A stretch of 64,000 bases of DNA from contig JBBISH010000002.1 in NCBI GenBank assembly GCA_037441385.1, positions 96,001 to 160,000 of the forward strand, read 5' to 3'. The DNA is from Myxococcales bacterium. Its GTDB lineage: Bacteria > Myxococcota_A > UBA9042. Both the position numbers and the translations under genes were made by a program. Below, one piece after another: positions 28,530 through 38,708 of this stretch (position 1 is the first letter of the stretch; each line of letters begins with the position of its first letter). A model generated the notes under the pieces. The model made no database searches and had not been told where the DNA came from. It saw only the letters and a program-made list of their open reading frames with translations.

Positions 28530-29885
28530 GTGGCCGATGCAAGCACGCTCGACTCCATGCAAGATCCCGCGATGGCTGACGATCTCAGCGATCTGCAGGC
28601 CGCCCACGGCCCCACCCTGGTGACCCAGGGCATCCGGGCGCCGCGCTCGGAGAAGGCGCTGATTCCCGTGCCCGTCGGCATGGATTGGCCGCTGTTTGCG
28701 GTCATCCTGGCGCTGCTGACCACGGGCGTGATCATGGCGTACTCGGCCAGCGTGTACGCGGCCCTGCGCTTGACGCACACGGACGACCAGCTGTTCTTGA
28801 ACAAGCACCTGGTGCACGCCAGCATCGCCCTGCTGATGGTGCTGGTCGGCGCACACATTCCCTACCAGGCGTGGCGGAAGGTCGCGTATTTTGGTCTCTT
28901 TACCTCGGTAGCGCTGCTGGTCGCCACACTGGCCTTTGGCGTGGTGGTCAACAAGGCCCGCCGTTGGCTGGCGTTGCCGGGGTTCATGTTCCAGCCGTCC
29001 GAGCTGGCCAAGCTGTGCTTTGCGATCTACCTGGCCCACTCGCTGACCAAGAAGATCTCCAGCGAGCGCGTGCACAAGTTCTCGGTGGGCTTCTTGCCGC
29101 ACGCGCTGGCGTGGCTGGTCGTCTTCGGCTTGTGCATGAAGCAGCCCGACTTGGGCACCGGCATCGTGCTCGCGGTGCTGCTGTTCAGCATGACCTACAT
29201 CGCCGGCACCAACATGGCCTACGTGGTGTTTGCGGGCGGCTTTGGCGTGCTGGCCCTGGTGTCGTTCATCCTAAAGAACCCCATGCGTTTCAAGCGGGTG
29301 TTGGCCTTCTTGGATCCGTTCAAGTACTTCGACACCACCGGCTTCCAGCTGGGCAACAGCAAGATCGCCGTGGCCACCGGCGGCATCTTTGGCAACGGCC
29401 TGGGGCTGTCGCGGCAGAAGCTGGGCTTCGTGCCCGAGTGCCACACCGACTTCATCCTGTCGATCATCGCCGAAGAGCTGGGCCTGCTGGGCGTGGCGCT
29501 GGTCGGTTTGGCCTTTGTGTTTCTGATTTTGCGCGGTCTCCGTATCGCCCTGCGGGCGCGCGACGAGTTCGGCCGCCTGCTGGCCGCGGGTGTGACGGTG
29601 CTGCTGGGCACCCAAGCTGCGGTTAATTTTGGCGTGGTGATGGGCACTTTGCCCACCAAGGGCCTGACCCTGCCCTTCGTCAGCCACGGCGGCTCGTCGA
29701 TGATCGTGCTGGGCCTGGCGGCGGGCATCCTGCTCAACGTGGGCCGTGGCGGCAACCCGGACTTCGCCTGGCCCGAGCTCCCCGCCTTCCTCCAGCGTCG
29801 CCGCCAGGCCGGTGCGCCGCGCAACCAGCGTTCGGACAGCCACCGCGCCGTGGTCGCCGAGCGGACCGTGCGGGGTGAGTCATGA
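28530..29885 (+). CDS. ftsW: SEDS peptidoglycan polymerase FtsW
   Basis: ARRW, FQPSELAK, QPDLGT, PECHTDFI and LPFVSHGGSS motifs. Confidence 0.96.
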   Translation: MADASTLDSMQDPAMADDLSDLQAAHGPTLVTQGIRAPRSEKALIPVPVGMDWPLFAVILALLTTGVIMAYSASVYAALRLTHTDDQLFLNKHLVHASIALLMVLVGAHIPYQAWRKVAYFGLFTSVALLVATLAFGVVVNKARRWLALPGFMFQPSELAKLCFAIYLAHSLTKKISSERVHKFSVGFLPHALAWLVVFGLCMKQPDLGTGIVLAVLLFSMTYIAGTNMAYVVFAGGFGVLALVSFILKNPMRFKRVLAFLDPFKYFDTTGFQLGNSKIAVATGGIFGNGLGLSRQKLGFVPECHTDFILSIIAEELGLLGVALVGLAFVFLILRGLRIALRARDEFGRLLAAGVTVLLGTQAAVNFGVVMGTLPTKGLTLPFVSHGGSSMIVLGLAAGILLNVGRGGNPDFAWPELPAFLQRRRQAGAPRNQRSDSHRAVVAERTVRGES

Positions 29886-30997
29886 CTGGGGCGGCGCCGA
29901 TGGTCGTGCTGGCCGGCGGCGGCACGGGCGGGCATGTCGTGCCGGCACTGGCCTTGGCCGACGCCTTCAAAGCCGCGGGCTCGCCTGTGGTTTTTGTGGG
30001 CACGGCCCATGGCTACGAAACCCGCATGGTGCCCAAGCGCGGCTACACACTGCACACGGTGCAAGGCTCGCGGCTAGTGGGCGGCGGCATCCTGGCCAAG
30101 CTGCGCGGTATGCGGGCCCTGTGGCGGGGCGTGCGCGAGGCGCGCAAGCTGTTCCGCGAGCTGCAGCCCAAGCTGGTGGTCGGCGTCGGCGGCTACGCCT
30201 CGGGCGCGGCGCTGTTGGCCGCCCGCAGCATGGGGATCGCCTGCGCGATTCACGAGAGCAATGCGGTGCCCGGACTGACCAACAAGGTGCTGGGCCGCAT
30301 CGTCCATCGGGTGTACTTGGGCTTTGCCGCGGCGCGCAGCGCATTTTCGGCGAGCAAGTCGGTGCTGTCGGGCAATCCGGTGCGCGCCGAGATCGCCGCC
30401 GTGGGCGCCTCGCGGACCTATCGCGGCGATCGCCCGGCCCGCGTGCTGGTGGTGGGCGGATCGCAAGGCTCCGAGTTCTTGAACCAACACGTGCCCAAGA
30501 TGCTGAACAAGGTACGGCAGGCCGGTATGGCGCTGGAAGTGCGGCATCAAGTCGGCAAGCTCGCGCCGGCTCCCGTTCAAGCGGCCTACGCCGAATCCGG
30601 ACTGCAAGCGAGCGTGGAAGGTTTCATCGACGACATGGCGGGCGCCTACGCCTGGGCCGACTTCGCCGTGACGCGCGCGGGTTCCGGGACTGTGGCCGAA
30701 CTGGCGGCGGCGGCTTTGCCAGCCCTGCTCGTGCCCTTCCCCTATGCCGCCGGTGACCACCAAGCCGCCAACGCTCAGGCCTACTGCAAGCCGGGCAGCG
30801 GGGCGTGGGTGCGCCAAACGGTGTGGCGTTCGGACGAAGTGGCGCACATGGCCACCACGCTGTTTGGCACCGAACTGGCATGGAACAAGTGCGTGGCCGC
30901 CGCCAAGTCGATGGCTCTGGCCGATGCAGCCGGCACGGTGGTGCGCGACTGCGGCAACTGGGTCGACGTTGCGGCCTGGCGCGAGGTGAAGGCATGA
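29882..30997 (+). CDS. murG: Lipid II GlcNAc transferase MurG
   Basis: GGGTGGH, GGYAS, HESNAVPG, GNPVR, GGSQG and DHQAANA motifs. Confidence 0.96.
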   Translation: MTGAAPMVVLAGGGTGGHVVPALALADAFKAAGSPVVFVGTAHGYETRMVPKRGYTLHTVQGSRLVGGGILAKLRGMRALWRGVREARKLFRELQPKLVVGVGGYASGAALLAARSMGIACAIHESNAVPGLTNKVLGRIVHRVYLGFAAARSAFSASKSVLSGNPVRAEIAAVGASRTYRGDRPARVLVVGGSQGSEFLNQHVPKMLNKVRQAGMALEVRHQVGKLAPAPVQAAYAESGLQASVEGFIDDMAGAYAWADFAVTRAGSGTVAELAAAALPALLVPFPYAAGDHQAANAQAYCKPGSGAWVRQTVWRSDEVAHMATTLFGTELAWNKCVAAAKSMALADAAGTVVRDCGNWVDVAAWREVKA

Positions 30998-32085
30998 TCG
31001 GCTCCCGCAAGAAGCAACCGGTCAACCAGCGCCGCGCCCAGCGCGTGCCCCTGCGCGATCGCCTGGGCGCGCTCCGCGAGCGGGGCCGCACGTGGTGGCA
31101 GGGCTTGGGCAAAGAGCGCCCGGCCGAGGCCGACAGCGATGAAATCGAGATCGAGGTCGAGGCCGACGAAACCGTAGACGGCGGCTGGTGGTCTTGGCTG
31201 ATCTGGGGCACGGCCGCGCTCTGCTTGGGCATCGTGGGCCTAGCCATGCTCAACCTGCGCGACTTCCAGACCCGCATCGAGACGGGCGTGGCGAGCAAGT
31301 TCGAGGTGAAAGGTTGGAAACGGGTCACGCAGCAGCAAGTGCTGGGGGCATCCGGAGTTCGTTGGGGTACCCCGCTCACGGCTATCGACCGCGACACGGT
31401 CAGCCGCGCCATCGAGACGCTACCGTGGGTGCGTCAGGCCGAGGTCGAAGCTGAGCTGCCCAACAAAGTCAGCTTCCGTGTCACCGAGTACGTGCCGTAT
31501 GCGTTGCTGCTGGGCCGCGACCGCTTGATGATCGTTGACAAAGACGGCTTCGTGTTCAAAGAGGCAGAGTTGGGCGAGGCCGGCGATCTTCCCGTGATTA
31601 CAGGATTTTCCCCCACGGTCAGCCGCGACGCCCACGCCCGCGGTCCGCAAGTCGAGCCGACCACGGACCAAACGGCCGAGCGCCGCCGCTTGCGCACCGT
31701 GCTGCGGCTGATCGAGGCCCACGGCCAAAGCAACCTGGTCGAGCGGTTCCCACTGTCCGAAGTGCACTGGGATCCGGTCCTGGGCATCACGCTGGTTTCG
31801 GCCCGCGATGGCGCCGAACTGCGGCTGGGCCTGACGCTCGGCAACGACCCCAACCGCGCGCTGGCCGTGGCGGGCCGGGTTCTAGCCCAGGCCGACAAGT
31901 CGGGCGAGTGGCTGCGCTATGCGCTGCTCGACGACGAACTGCGGCCCGACCGCGTAGTTGTCCGCACCCAGGCGCCGAGTTCGCTGGCGGGCGGTGCGGC
32001 CGCGGCCGCCGTGCCCAAAGCACCCGCAGCCGACAAGAAAGACGGCGATCCGGCCGCCGAGGACGGCGACGCGCAACCCGACTAG
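30994..32085 (+). CDS. ftsQ: Cell division protein FtsQ/DivIB
   Basis: TM helix then POTRA domain (VKGWKRV...LPWVRQAEV...LPNKV...VTE); directly precedes ftsA. Confidence 0.88.
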   Translation: MIGSRKKQPVNQRRAQRVPLRDRLGALRERGRTWWQGLGKERPAEADSDEIEIEVEADETVDGGWWSWLIWGTAALCLGIVGLAMLNLRDFQTRIETGVASKFEVKGWKRVTQQQVLGASGVRWGTPLTAIDRDTVSRAIETLPWVRQAEVEAELPNKVSFRVTEYVPYALLLGRDRLMIVDKDGFVFKEAELGEAGDLPVITGFSPTVSRDAHARGPQVEPTTDQTAERRRLRTVLRLIEAHGQSNLVERFPLSEVHWDPVLGITLVSARDGAELRLGLTLGNDPNRALAVAGRVLAQADKSGEWLRYALLDDELRPDRVVVRTQAPSSLAGGAAAAAVPKAPAADKKDGDPAAEDGDAQPD

Positions 32086-32111
32086 TCGCTCAGGCGACCG
32101 AACTTCGCAGA

Positions 32112-32140
32112 ACCAGTACGAGCACCACCAGTACGAGCAC
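32112..32140 (+). repeat. 14-bp direct repeat (period 15) upstream of ftsA
   Basis: ACCAGTACGAGCAC at 32112 and 32127. Confidence 0.85.
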
Positions 32141-32156
32141 AGAGGGGGAGGAATCC

Positions 32157-33404
32157 ATGCCACGCAACGACAAAATCATCGCCGGACTCGACGTCGGAAC
32201 CCACAAGGTCGTCGCCGTCGTCGGCGAGGTCAAGGGCGACGGCTCGCTCGACATCATCGGGGTCGGCACCGCGGCGTCGAACGGCATCAAGAAGGGCGTG
32301 GTCGTCAACGTCACCGAGACCATGGAGGCGATCCAGCGCGCCATTCACGAGGCCGAGACGATGGCCGGTTGCACGGTGGCGGCGGTCTACGTGACCGTAT
32401 CGGGCGCGCACCTGCGCTCGTTCAACAACCGCGGCGTGGTGGCGGTGCAGAGCCGCGAGGTGACCGAGGCGGACGTGGACCGCGTGCTCGACAACGCCAA
32501 GGCCGTGCAGATCCCGGCCGACCGCCAGATCATCCACACTGTCCCGCAGGAATTCGTGGTCGACGACAACGACGGCATCGTCCACCCCATCGGCATCAGC
32601 GGCCAGCGCCTGCAGGTCAACGTGCACATCCTGACCGCGCTCAACGCGAGCGTGCAGAACGTGGTGCAGTGCGCGGAGCGGGCGGGCCTGCACGTGCTCA
32701 AGACGTCTGCGGAACCCTTGGCTTCGGCGCGCGCGGTGCTGGAAGACGACGACAAGGAACTGGGCGTGGTGCTCGCCGACATTGGCGCAGGAACGACTGA
32801 TATCGCGATTTATCACAATGGGTTTATCGTCCACTCGGCCGTGCTGCCGGTGGGCGGCGACCACATCACCAACGACATCGCCGTGGGCCTGCGCACGCCC
32901 AAGGCCGAGGCCGAGCGCATCAAGCTGCTGCACGGTTGCGCGCAGTCGACCATGGTCGGCGACGACGAAACCATCGAAGTGGCCTGCGTGGGCGCCCGCG
33001 AAGGCGTGGTGCGCAAGCGCCAGTTGCTGTGCGACATCATCGAACCCCGCATGGAAGAAGTGTTCCGCCTGATCGAGCGCGAAATCCAGGCCAGCAACTT
33101 CCAAGACGTCATCGGCTCGGGCTTGGTCCTGAGCGGCGGTAGCGCGCTGATGCCCGGCGTGGCCGAGCTGGGCGAAGAGCTGCTGGGCATGCCGGTGCGC
33201 ATCGGCTACCCCAAGAAAGTGGGCGGCTTGCGCGAGATGGTGCACTCGCCCGTGTTCTCGGCCGCGCTGGGCCTGGTCATGCAGGGTGCGGCCGAAGAGG
33301 CCGAGCTCGCGCGCAAGGCCGACGGCAAGCTGCTGCGGCGCGGCCAAGGCGGCAAGGGCGGCTGGTTCGACCGCCTGGTCGGCTGGGTGCGCGACGTGGT
33401 GTGA
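32157..33404 (+). CDS. ftsA: Cell division protein FtsA
   Basis: GLDVGTHK, GIKKGVVVN, DIGAGTTDI, GGDHITNDIA and AERIK motifs; C-terminal amphipathic helix; GGAGG RBS. Confidence 0.97.
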   Translation: MPRNDKIIAGLDVGTHKVVAVVGEVKGDGSLDIIGVGTAASNGIKKGVVVNVTETMEAIQRAIHEAETMAGCTVAAVYVTVSGAHLRSFNNRGVVAVQSREVTEADVDRVLDNAKAVQIPADRQIIHTVPQEFVVDDNDGIVHPIGISGQRLQVNVHILTALNASVQNVVQCAERAGLHVLKTSAEPLASARAVLEDDDKELGVVLADIGAGTTDIAIYHNGFIVHSAVLPVGGDHITNDIAVGLRTPKAEAERIKLLHGCAQSTMVGDDETIEVACVGAREGVVRKRQLLCDIIEPRMEEVFRLIEREIQASNFQDVIGSGLVLSGGSALMPGVAELGEELLGMPVRIGYPKKVGGLREMVHSPVFSAALGLVMQGAAEEAELARKADGKLLRRGQGGKGGWFDRLVGWVRDVV

Positions 33405-33499
33405 GCCACAGAATCTTTGCAACGGAACCGGGGTTTCAGCCCCAGAACATAGACTTGAACTCGATTGACCCAATCCCAGTACCCTCGTAGGAGCTCCCC

Positions 33500-34912
33500 A
33501 TGTTCGAATCGATCAGCTTTGACCGGCCGCAGGCTGCCGGTGCTCGTATCAAGGTGGTCGGCGTCGGTGGCTGTGGCGGCAACGCCGTCAACAACCTCAT
33601 CGGCTCGGATCTGCCGCATATCCACTTCCTGGCCGCGAACACCGACCAGCAGGCGCTCGACGCCAACCTGGCCGGCGTCAAGCTGCAAATCGGCGCAGGC
33701 CTGACCAACGGTCTGGGCGCGGGCGGCGATCCGGAAGTCGGCCATCGCGCCGCGTTGGAGGATATCGACGCCCTTCGCCAGCACTTCTTGGACGCCGACA
33801 TGGTGTTCATCACCGCCGGCATGGGCGGCGGCACGGGTACTGGCGCGGCGCCCGTGGTGGCCCAGACCGCCCGCGACGCGGGCGCTTTGACGGTGGCGGT
33901 GGTGACCAAGCCGTTCTCGTTCGAAGGCCGCCAGCGCATCCGCCAGGCCGAAGAGGGCCTTCGCGAGCTGGCCCAGGCCGTCGACACGCTGATCGTCATT
34001 CCCAACGACCGCATCTTCCAGATCGCCAACCCGCGCATGCCGATCAAAGAGGCCTTCCGCATGGTCGATTCGGTAGTGGTCGAGGCGGTGCGCGGCATCA
34101 GCGACATGATCGCCATCCCCGGCCTCATCAACGTCGACTTCGCCGACGTCAAGGCCATCATGAAGGGCAAGGGCATGGCGCTGATGGGTACGGGCCGCGG
34201 CGCCGGCGAAGAGCGCGCGATCCTTGCCGCCAAGCAGGCCATCTCCAGCCCGCTGCTGGAAGACGCCCGCATCGAGGGCGCGACCGGCCTGCTGGTGACC
34301 ATCTCGGGCAGCTCGGACATGTCGATCGCCGACCTGAACGACGCCATGATGCTGATCCAAGACGCCACCGGCGCCGACACCAACACCATTTTTGGCACCA
34401 CAGTGGACGAGAGCCTGGGCGAAGAGATCAAGGTGACGGTCGTGGCCACGGGCTTCGATCGCGCCGCCGTGGTGCGGGCCCAGGATCACCAGCAGACGCG
34501 GATCTACGGTTCGCAGCGCGCCGCCACCGAGCGGCCGGCCCTGCAGGTGGTGCCGCCGCCGCCGCCGCTGCAGCGCGCCCACAGCGACGAAGCCCCCGTC
34601 TATGCAGTGGCTTTGGCCGCTCACGAGCGCGCGGCGATGGCCCAGCACGCGCAGAGCGCCGCCACCTTGGCGGTCCACACCGCCACCACCCGCCCGCTGC
34701 CCACGCAGATTGCGCAACCGGCTATGGAAGCTCCGCCGCTGCCGCGCCACGAGCACGAACTGGATGAGCCGGCCTTTATGCGCAAGAACACGCCGGGTTA
34801 CGGCCTACCGGCCGTGGGCTCGCTGCTGGGAGCCAAGCGCGAACCGGTGGTGCACAACCCCTTCACCAACAACATCGAAGAGGTCGATCGCCCGGCGTTC
34901 CGCCGCAAGTAG
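33500..34912 (+). CDS. ftsZ: Cell division protein FtsZ
   Basis: GVGGCGGNA, NTD, GGGTGTG and NVDFAD motifs. Confidence 0.98.
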   Translation: MFESISFDRPQAAGARIKVVGVGGCGGNAVNNLIGSDLPHIHFLAANTDQQALDANLAGVKLQIGAGLTNGLGAGGDPEVGHRAALEDIDALRQHFLDADMVFITAGMGGGTGTGAAPVVAQTARDAGALTVAVVTKPFSFEGRQRIRQAEEGLRELAQAVDTLIVIPNDRIFQIANPRMPIKEAFRMVDSVVVEAVRGISDMIAIPGLINVDFADVKAIMKGKGMALMGTGRGAGEERAILAAKQAISSPLLEDARIEGATGLLVTISGSSDMSIADLNDAMMLIQDATGADTNTIFGTTVDESLGEEIKVTVVATGFDRAAVVRAQDHQQTRIYGSQRAATERPALQVVPPPPPLQRAHSDEAPVYAVALAAHERAAMAQHAQSAATLAVHTATTRPLPTQIAQPAMEAPPLPRHEHELDEPAFMRKNTPGYGLPAVGSLLGAKREPVVHNPFTNNIEEVDRPAFRRK

Positions 34913-34931
34913 TCCCCAAACCCAACGTTGG

Positions 34932-34988
34932 CCAAAAAACGCACCGGGCGGCGCCACTGGCAGGTGGGCCGCCCGGTTTCGTTTTGGG
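34932..34988. terminator. Probable bidirectional intrinsic terminator after ftsZ
   Basis: ACCGGGCGGC...GCCGCCCGGT stem, flanked by AAAAAA and TTTCGTTTT, between convergent genes. Confidence 0.7.
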
Positions 34989-35006
34989 CGGTGGATGCGA
35001 GGTAGG

Positions 35007-37334
35007 CTACGGCATCGCGTCGATAAAGGCAGTGCGCGTCACCTGGCGGACCAGGTCGGTCAGGCCGCCCGGCGCCATCAAGGCCTGCAGATCCATGGCC
35101 TTGATGAACTCAAAGCCGGCCACATAGGCGCGCTTGGCTTTGGCGGTGGTCATTTCGGCGCCGTAGCTGGTCAGATCGGGCAACGTCAGCGGCTTGCCGG
35201 CCTGGTCCTGGGGCACCACCACCAACCACTTCAGGCCGTTTTCACCCTGCAGGTTCAGGCGATAGGCCTGCGCCGCCGCCACGGCGTTGATCGTCAGCGT
35301 GCCAGTCGCGGGGTTGAAGGTCGAGCCAATCGGCATGTCCAAGAAGTCCACGGGCTTGAAGGCGGCCGGCACCGGACCGGGCGCGCTGATCGAGATCGAG
35401 CCGCCCTCTTTCTTGCCCTTGCCGCCGAGCACGATCGCCGCTGTCACCATCACGTGGTTGTCGGCGCCGTAGCGCAGACCGCTGTGCAGCGGGCCCACGG
35501 CGAGCGGCAGCGGCTGCTGCCCTGGGGTCTTTTGGTCCGCGTCCACGATGCCGTCGGCCGGATCTTCGGCCAGCGTCGAGTCCGAGCCCGCGGTCAGGCC
35601 CAGCGGCACGATCTCGCCCAGCGGCAGCAGGGCGCCGCCGATGACGAACGCCACGTCTGCCCAGCCATTGGCGGTCTTGGGCATTGGCGGAACGGTCACC
35701 TGCGTCTTGTGCAGCAGCGGGAAGTCCGGCTCGATCTTGGGCAAATCCTTGATCGGGCTGGCCATCGTCTCGCCCAGCGCCACGTCGAACTGAACGTGCG
35801 AGCGGAAGCCGGCCAGGTACGGCAGCAGCACCGACACCACGCGCCCGATATTCACTCCGTCTTCCACCGCCGACAGCAACTTGCCCATTTCGGCAATCAC
35901 GGTGGTCAGTTGCAGCCGCCCAGCCAGCGTCCACTGGGTGTGCATGCCGGGGGGCCCGGCCATGATGTACTGGGTCACCACGGGCTTGCCCAGCACGAAC
36001 GTCACGCCGCCAGGAATCTCTTGCGGCTTACCCGGTTGCGGATTGACGTACGACGGGGCCTGCGGATCGAAGGGGCGCCGCACGTTGGGGCCCAGGATCG
36101 AATCGACCGAGAAGTTGAGCAGCTGCGAGTCAAAGGCGAGCGCCGTCAAGCCCAGCGCCGCTTCGCCGGTACCGGGGTAGTTCACCGTGCCGCGCACCGC
36201 GTCGCCGTGAATCACCTTGGTCTCGGCGGGTACGACCTTGCCATCGGCGTCAAAGGTCAGCTCGGCGTAGTGGTGCAGCGGCGTGGGCAGCAGCAGGTCG
36301 GCGGCCTTACCCGCTGGGTCATAGCGCAGCACCGACACGGCGGCGTGGTCCGTGGCCACCACGTGGACATCGGCGGGGAACTTCACGTTGGCAAACGCGG
36401 CCTGGCCGTCAGTCAGATCGACCACTTGCGCAGCCTCTGGGGTCGCAGCGTCGGCCAGCCCGATGACCACCACCTTGCCCTTGACCGGCTGCCACGAGTA
36501 CTCGTCGATCGCCGTCACGCGCAGGTTCTTGCCGTCGGGCACCGCGCCCAGGTTCCACAGCGTCGCCGGCTTGGAGGGGCCCGTGCTCGACCCTTTGACC
36601 TTGGCGGTGATGGTGGTGGTGCCGCCCTTGCTACCCGCGGTGAGGGTCTGGTCCTTCAAGCTGAACGACTCCGAGGCCGCGAGCGTCCACTCAAACGCCG
36701 CGTCCACCTTGACGTTGCCAACGGAGTCGACCGCCTGGGCGCCCAAGCCGCTCGGCGCGTCCAAAGTGGCGCCGGGGGCGGTGATCCAAACCGGGCGGAG
36801 CAAGCGGGCGCTGAGGCTCGCGTCGGCCAGCGCGGCGATGCAGCCACCTTGCGAACAAACTTGACCCTTTTCGCACTGGCTGTCAGCCGCGCACATGGTC
36901 TGGATGCACTGGCCCGAGTCCTGGTCGCAGCCGCAGGTAAAGGCCTTGTCGGGGCAGCCGGCGGCGATGCCGTTCTTGGCGGCGCAGTCCTTGTCGGTGT
37001 CGCAGACGAACTTGACCGCGCAGCAGCCGGCGACGCACTCGTAGTTGCTGACGGGCTTGGGGCACAGGCTCAGGTCGTCTTGGCCCTGGGCGTTCAGGCA
37101 AGAGGGCAACGCGCCGCAGGCGTTGGCCGTTTCACCGCCGGCGGTGTCCGCGGGCGCCGCGTCGCTGGTGGCGGCGTCGGCCAGCGGCACATCGCTGCTG
37201 ATGTCTTTGGCGGTGGCCGTGTCGGCAGTGGTCTTGGTCCCGCTGTCGCTGCCGCACGCCGAAAGCGTGAGCAGGGCAGCCAACAGCGCGGCGACCGTCG
37301 CCTTGGCACCCCTGAACTGGACAACTGTGCGCAT
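35007..37334 (-). CDS. Large lipoprotein with Cys-rich N-terminal module and Ig-like/beta-rich body
   Basis: Start MRTVVQF; lipobox LSAC; Cys-dense segment (CGALPSC...CSQGGC). Confidence 0.8.
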   Translation of the reverse strand: MRTVVQFRGAKATVAALLAALLTLSACGSDSGTKTTADTATAKDISSDVPLADAATSDAAPADTAGGETANACGALPSCLNAQGQDDLSLCPKPVSNYECVAGCCAVKFVCDTDKDCAAKNGIAAGCPDKAFTCGCDQDSGQCIQTMCAADSQCEKGQVCSQGGCIAALADASLSARLLRPVWITAPGATLDAPSGLGAQAVDSVGNVKVDAAFEWTLAASESFSLKDQTLTAGSKGGTTTITAKVKGSSTGPSKPATLWNLGAVPDGKNLRVTAIDEYSWQPVKGKVVVIGLADAATPEAAQVVDLTDGQAAFANVKFPADVHVVATDHAAVSVLRYDPAGKAADLLLPTPLHHYAELTFDADGKVVPAETKVIHGDAVRGTVNYPGTGEAALGLTALAFDSQLLNFSVDSILGPNVRRPFDPQAPSYVNPQPGKPQEIPGGVTFVLGKPVVTQYIMAGPPGMHTQWTLAGRLQLTTVIAEMGKLLSAVEDGVNIGRVVSVLLPYLAGFRSHVQFDVALGETMASPIKDLPKIEPDFPLLHKTQVTVPPMPKTANGWADVAFVIGGALLPLGEIVPLGLTAGSDSTLAEDPADGIVDADQKTPGQQPLPLAVGPLHSGLRYGADNHVMVTAAIVLGGKGKKEGGSISISAPGPVPAAFKPVDFLDMPIGSTFNPATGTLTINAVAAAQAYRLNLQGENGLKWLVVVPQDQAGKPLTLPDLTSYGAEMTTAKAKRAYVAGFEFIKAMDLQALMAPGGLTDLVRQVTRTAFIDAMP

Positions 37335-37437
37335 CCTTTTCTCCTGCGGGCGGGCCTGGGCGCCCGCACCATGAAACCTATGGGCCTGCAGCATAGCGGC
37401 GTGCGGCGATCGCCACAAGAACAAGCCCGGCACGGAA

Positions 37438-38013
37438 TCAACTGAATTTGGTGCGGCCAGCCTTGCGCAGCAGCTCCAGGTCCAGCCGGTCGGCGTCGCC
37501 CTCAGGCTGCTTCACCGTCGCCACGGAAGTCGGCGAATTTTGCTGAGTTCGCTGCTCGAACCAACCCAGGCGCTCGTCGGTCAGGGCCATTCGGGCGCGG
37601 AAGTGCCGCTGCACACTTTGCGCCAGCTTGTCGGTCTGCCGCGACGAGGGCGGCACCATCACCCGATCGGGCAACGGCTCGGCGATGCGGAAGTCGCCAA
37701 TGCGTCGCGCCCCCTTGCCGCGGTCGTCGCCGACCTGGCGGAGCAGCGCTCCGGTTTGCGCCAGCAGCGCGGTGATCTGTGCGGGATCCGGTCCGGCCGC
37801 GGCAGGCGCCGTTTCCTCAGCCGTCGGCGGGGCTTCTGGGGCCGCCGGTTCATCGCTCTCTGGCGGAAAGAGCGCCGTGTGCACCTGCCACAGAACCGTG
37901 CGAATTTCCTGGCGCACAGCCTTGTCCACGCCGGGATTGCGGGCGTACTCCGCCAACTTGGCGGCGTCGGCGTGCAAGGCCGCCACACGATCATCGGACG
38001 GTGGCGCCGTCAC
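37438..38013 (-). CDS. Hypothetical protein
   Basis: GTG start overlaps the DUF192 stop; globular-looking sequence in a minus-strand operon. Confidence 0.6.
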   Translation of the reverse strand: MTAPPSDDRVAALHADAAKLAEYARNPGVDKAVRQEIRTVLWQVHTALFPPESDEPAAPEAPPTAEETAPAAAGPDPAQITALLAQTGALLRQVGDDRGKGARRIGDFRIAEPLPDRVMVPPSSRQTDKLAQSVQRHFRARMALTDERLGWFEQRTQQNSPTSVATVKQPEGDADRLDLELLRKAGRTKFS

Positions 38014-38708
38014 GGGTGCCCCACTGCGTCCGCCAGCTCGCGAAATTCCAACACCGAGCCGCGATCGATGTGAAGCGCCTCTGCCTGACCCGCGGCCAAC
38101 TCCAGCACGTAGCGCGACGGAGCCGCTACGCCGCGGCTGGTCTCGGTCAGCGGTGCCGCTCGCGCGACCACCCCAGCCACGCGCCAGTCTTCGTCGATGA
38201 AGATCATATCCAGCGCAATCAGGGTGTTCCGCATCCAAAACTGCCACGGCCGCCGATCCGGCATGAAGAACAGCATCCCGCTGTCGTCGGCCAAACTGCG
38301 CCGATACATCAGCCCTTGCTCGCGTTCCAAGGGCGATCGCGCCAGCTCGACCTTGAGCACGGGCCCGGCAGACCGACCGGCGATCCGCACCTCGCCGCGG
38401 CCGACAAAGAGCGCCGGATCGGCCCTGGGCTCCTGCGCAGGGGCCGCGCCCACGCGTTCTGGGGCGGGCGTGGCGTCCTCGGCCTGGGCAGGCGGTCGCG
38501 TGCACGCTGACGTGGCGACGGCAAGGGCGGCGAGGGAGAGCGCCCCAAGCCGTGCCCCAACCGCGGCGAAGCCCAGCCTGGTCCCGCGCCCCTGACCTTT
38601 GCTGCTGATTTCGGGCCGTTGCACACCGCCTCCGCCTGGATGTCCCGCAGAACCACCGCTCGATTGTCGGCGTCGCAACGGCCCGCCGCAACCGCCAACT
38701 GCCCTCAA
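38010..38708 (-). CDS. DUF192 family (lipo)protein (start uncertain)
   Basis: VELA...REQGLMYR..L....GMLF, FWMRNTLIALDMIFI and YVLELAAG motifs. Confidence 0.9.
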   Translation of the reverse strand: MRAVGGCGGPLRRRQSSGGSAGHPGGGGVQRPEISSKGQGRGTRLGFAAVGARLGALSLAALAVATSACTRPPAQAEDATPAPERVGAAPAQEPRADPALFVGRGEVRIAGRSAGPVLKVELARSPLEREQGLMYRRSLADDSGMLFFMPDRRPWQFWMRNTLIALDMIFIDEDWRVAGVVARAAPLTETSRGVAAPSRYVLELAAGQAEALHIDRGSVLEFRELADAVGHP

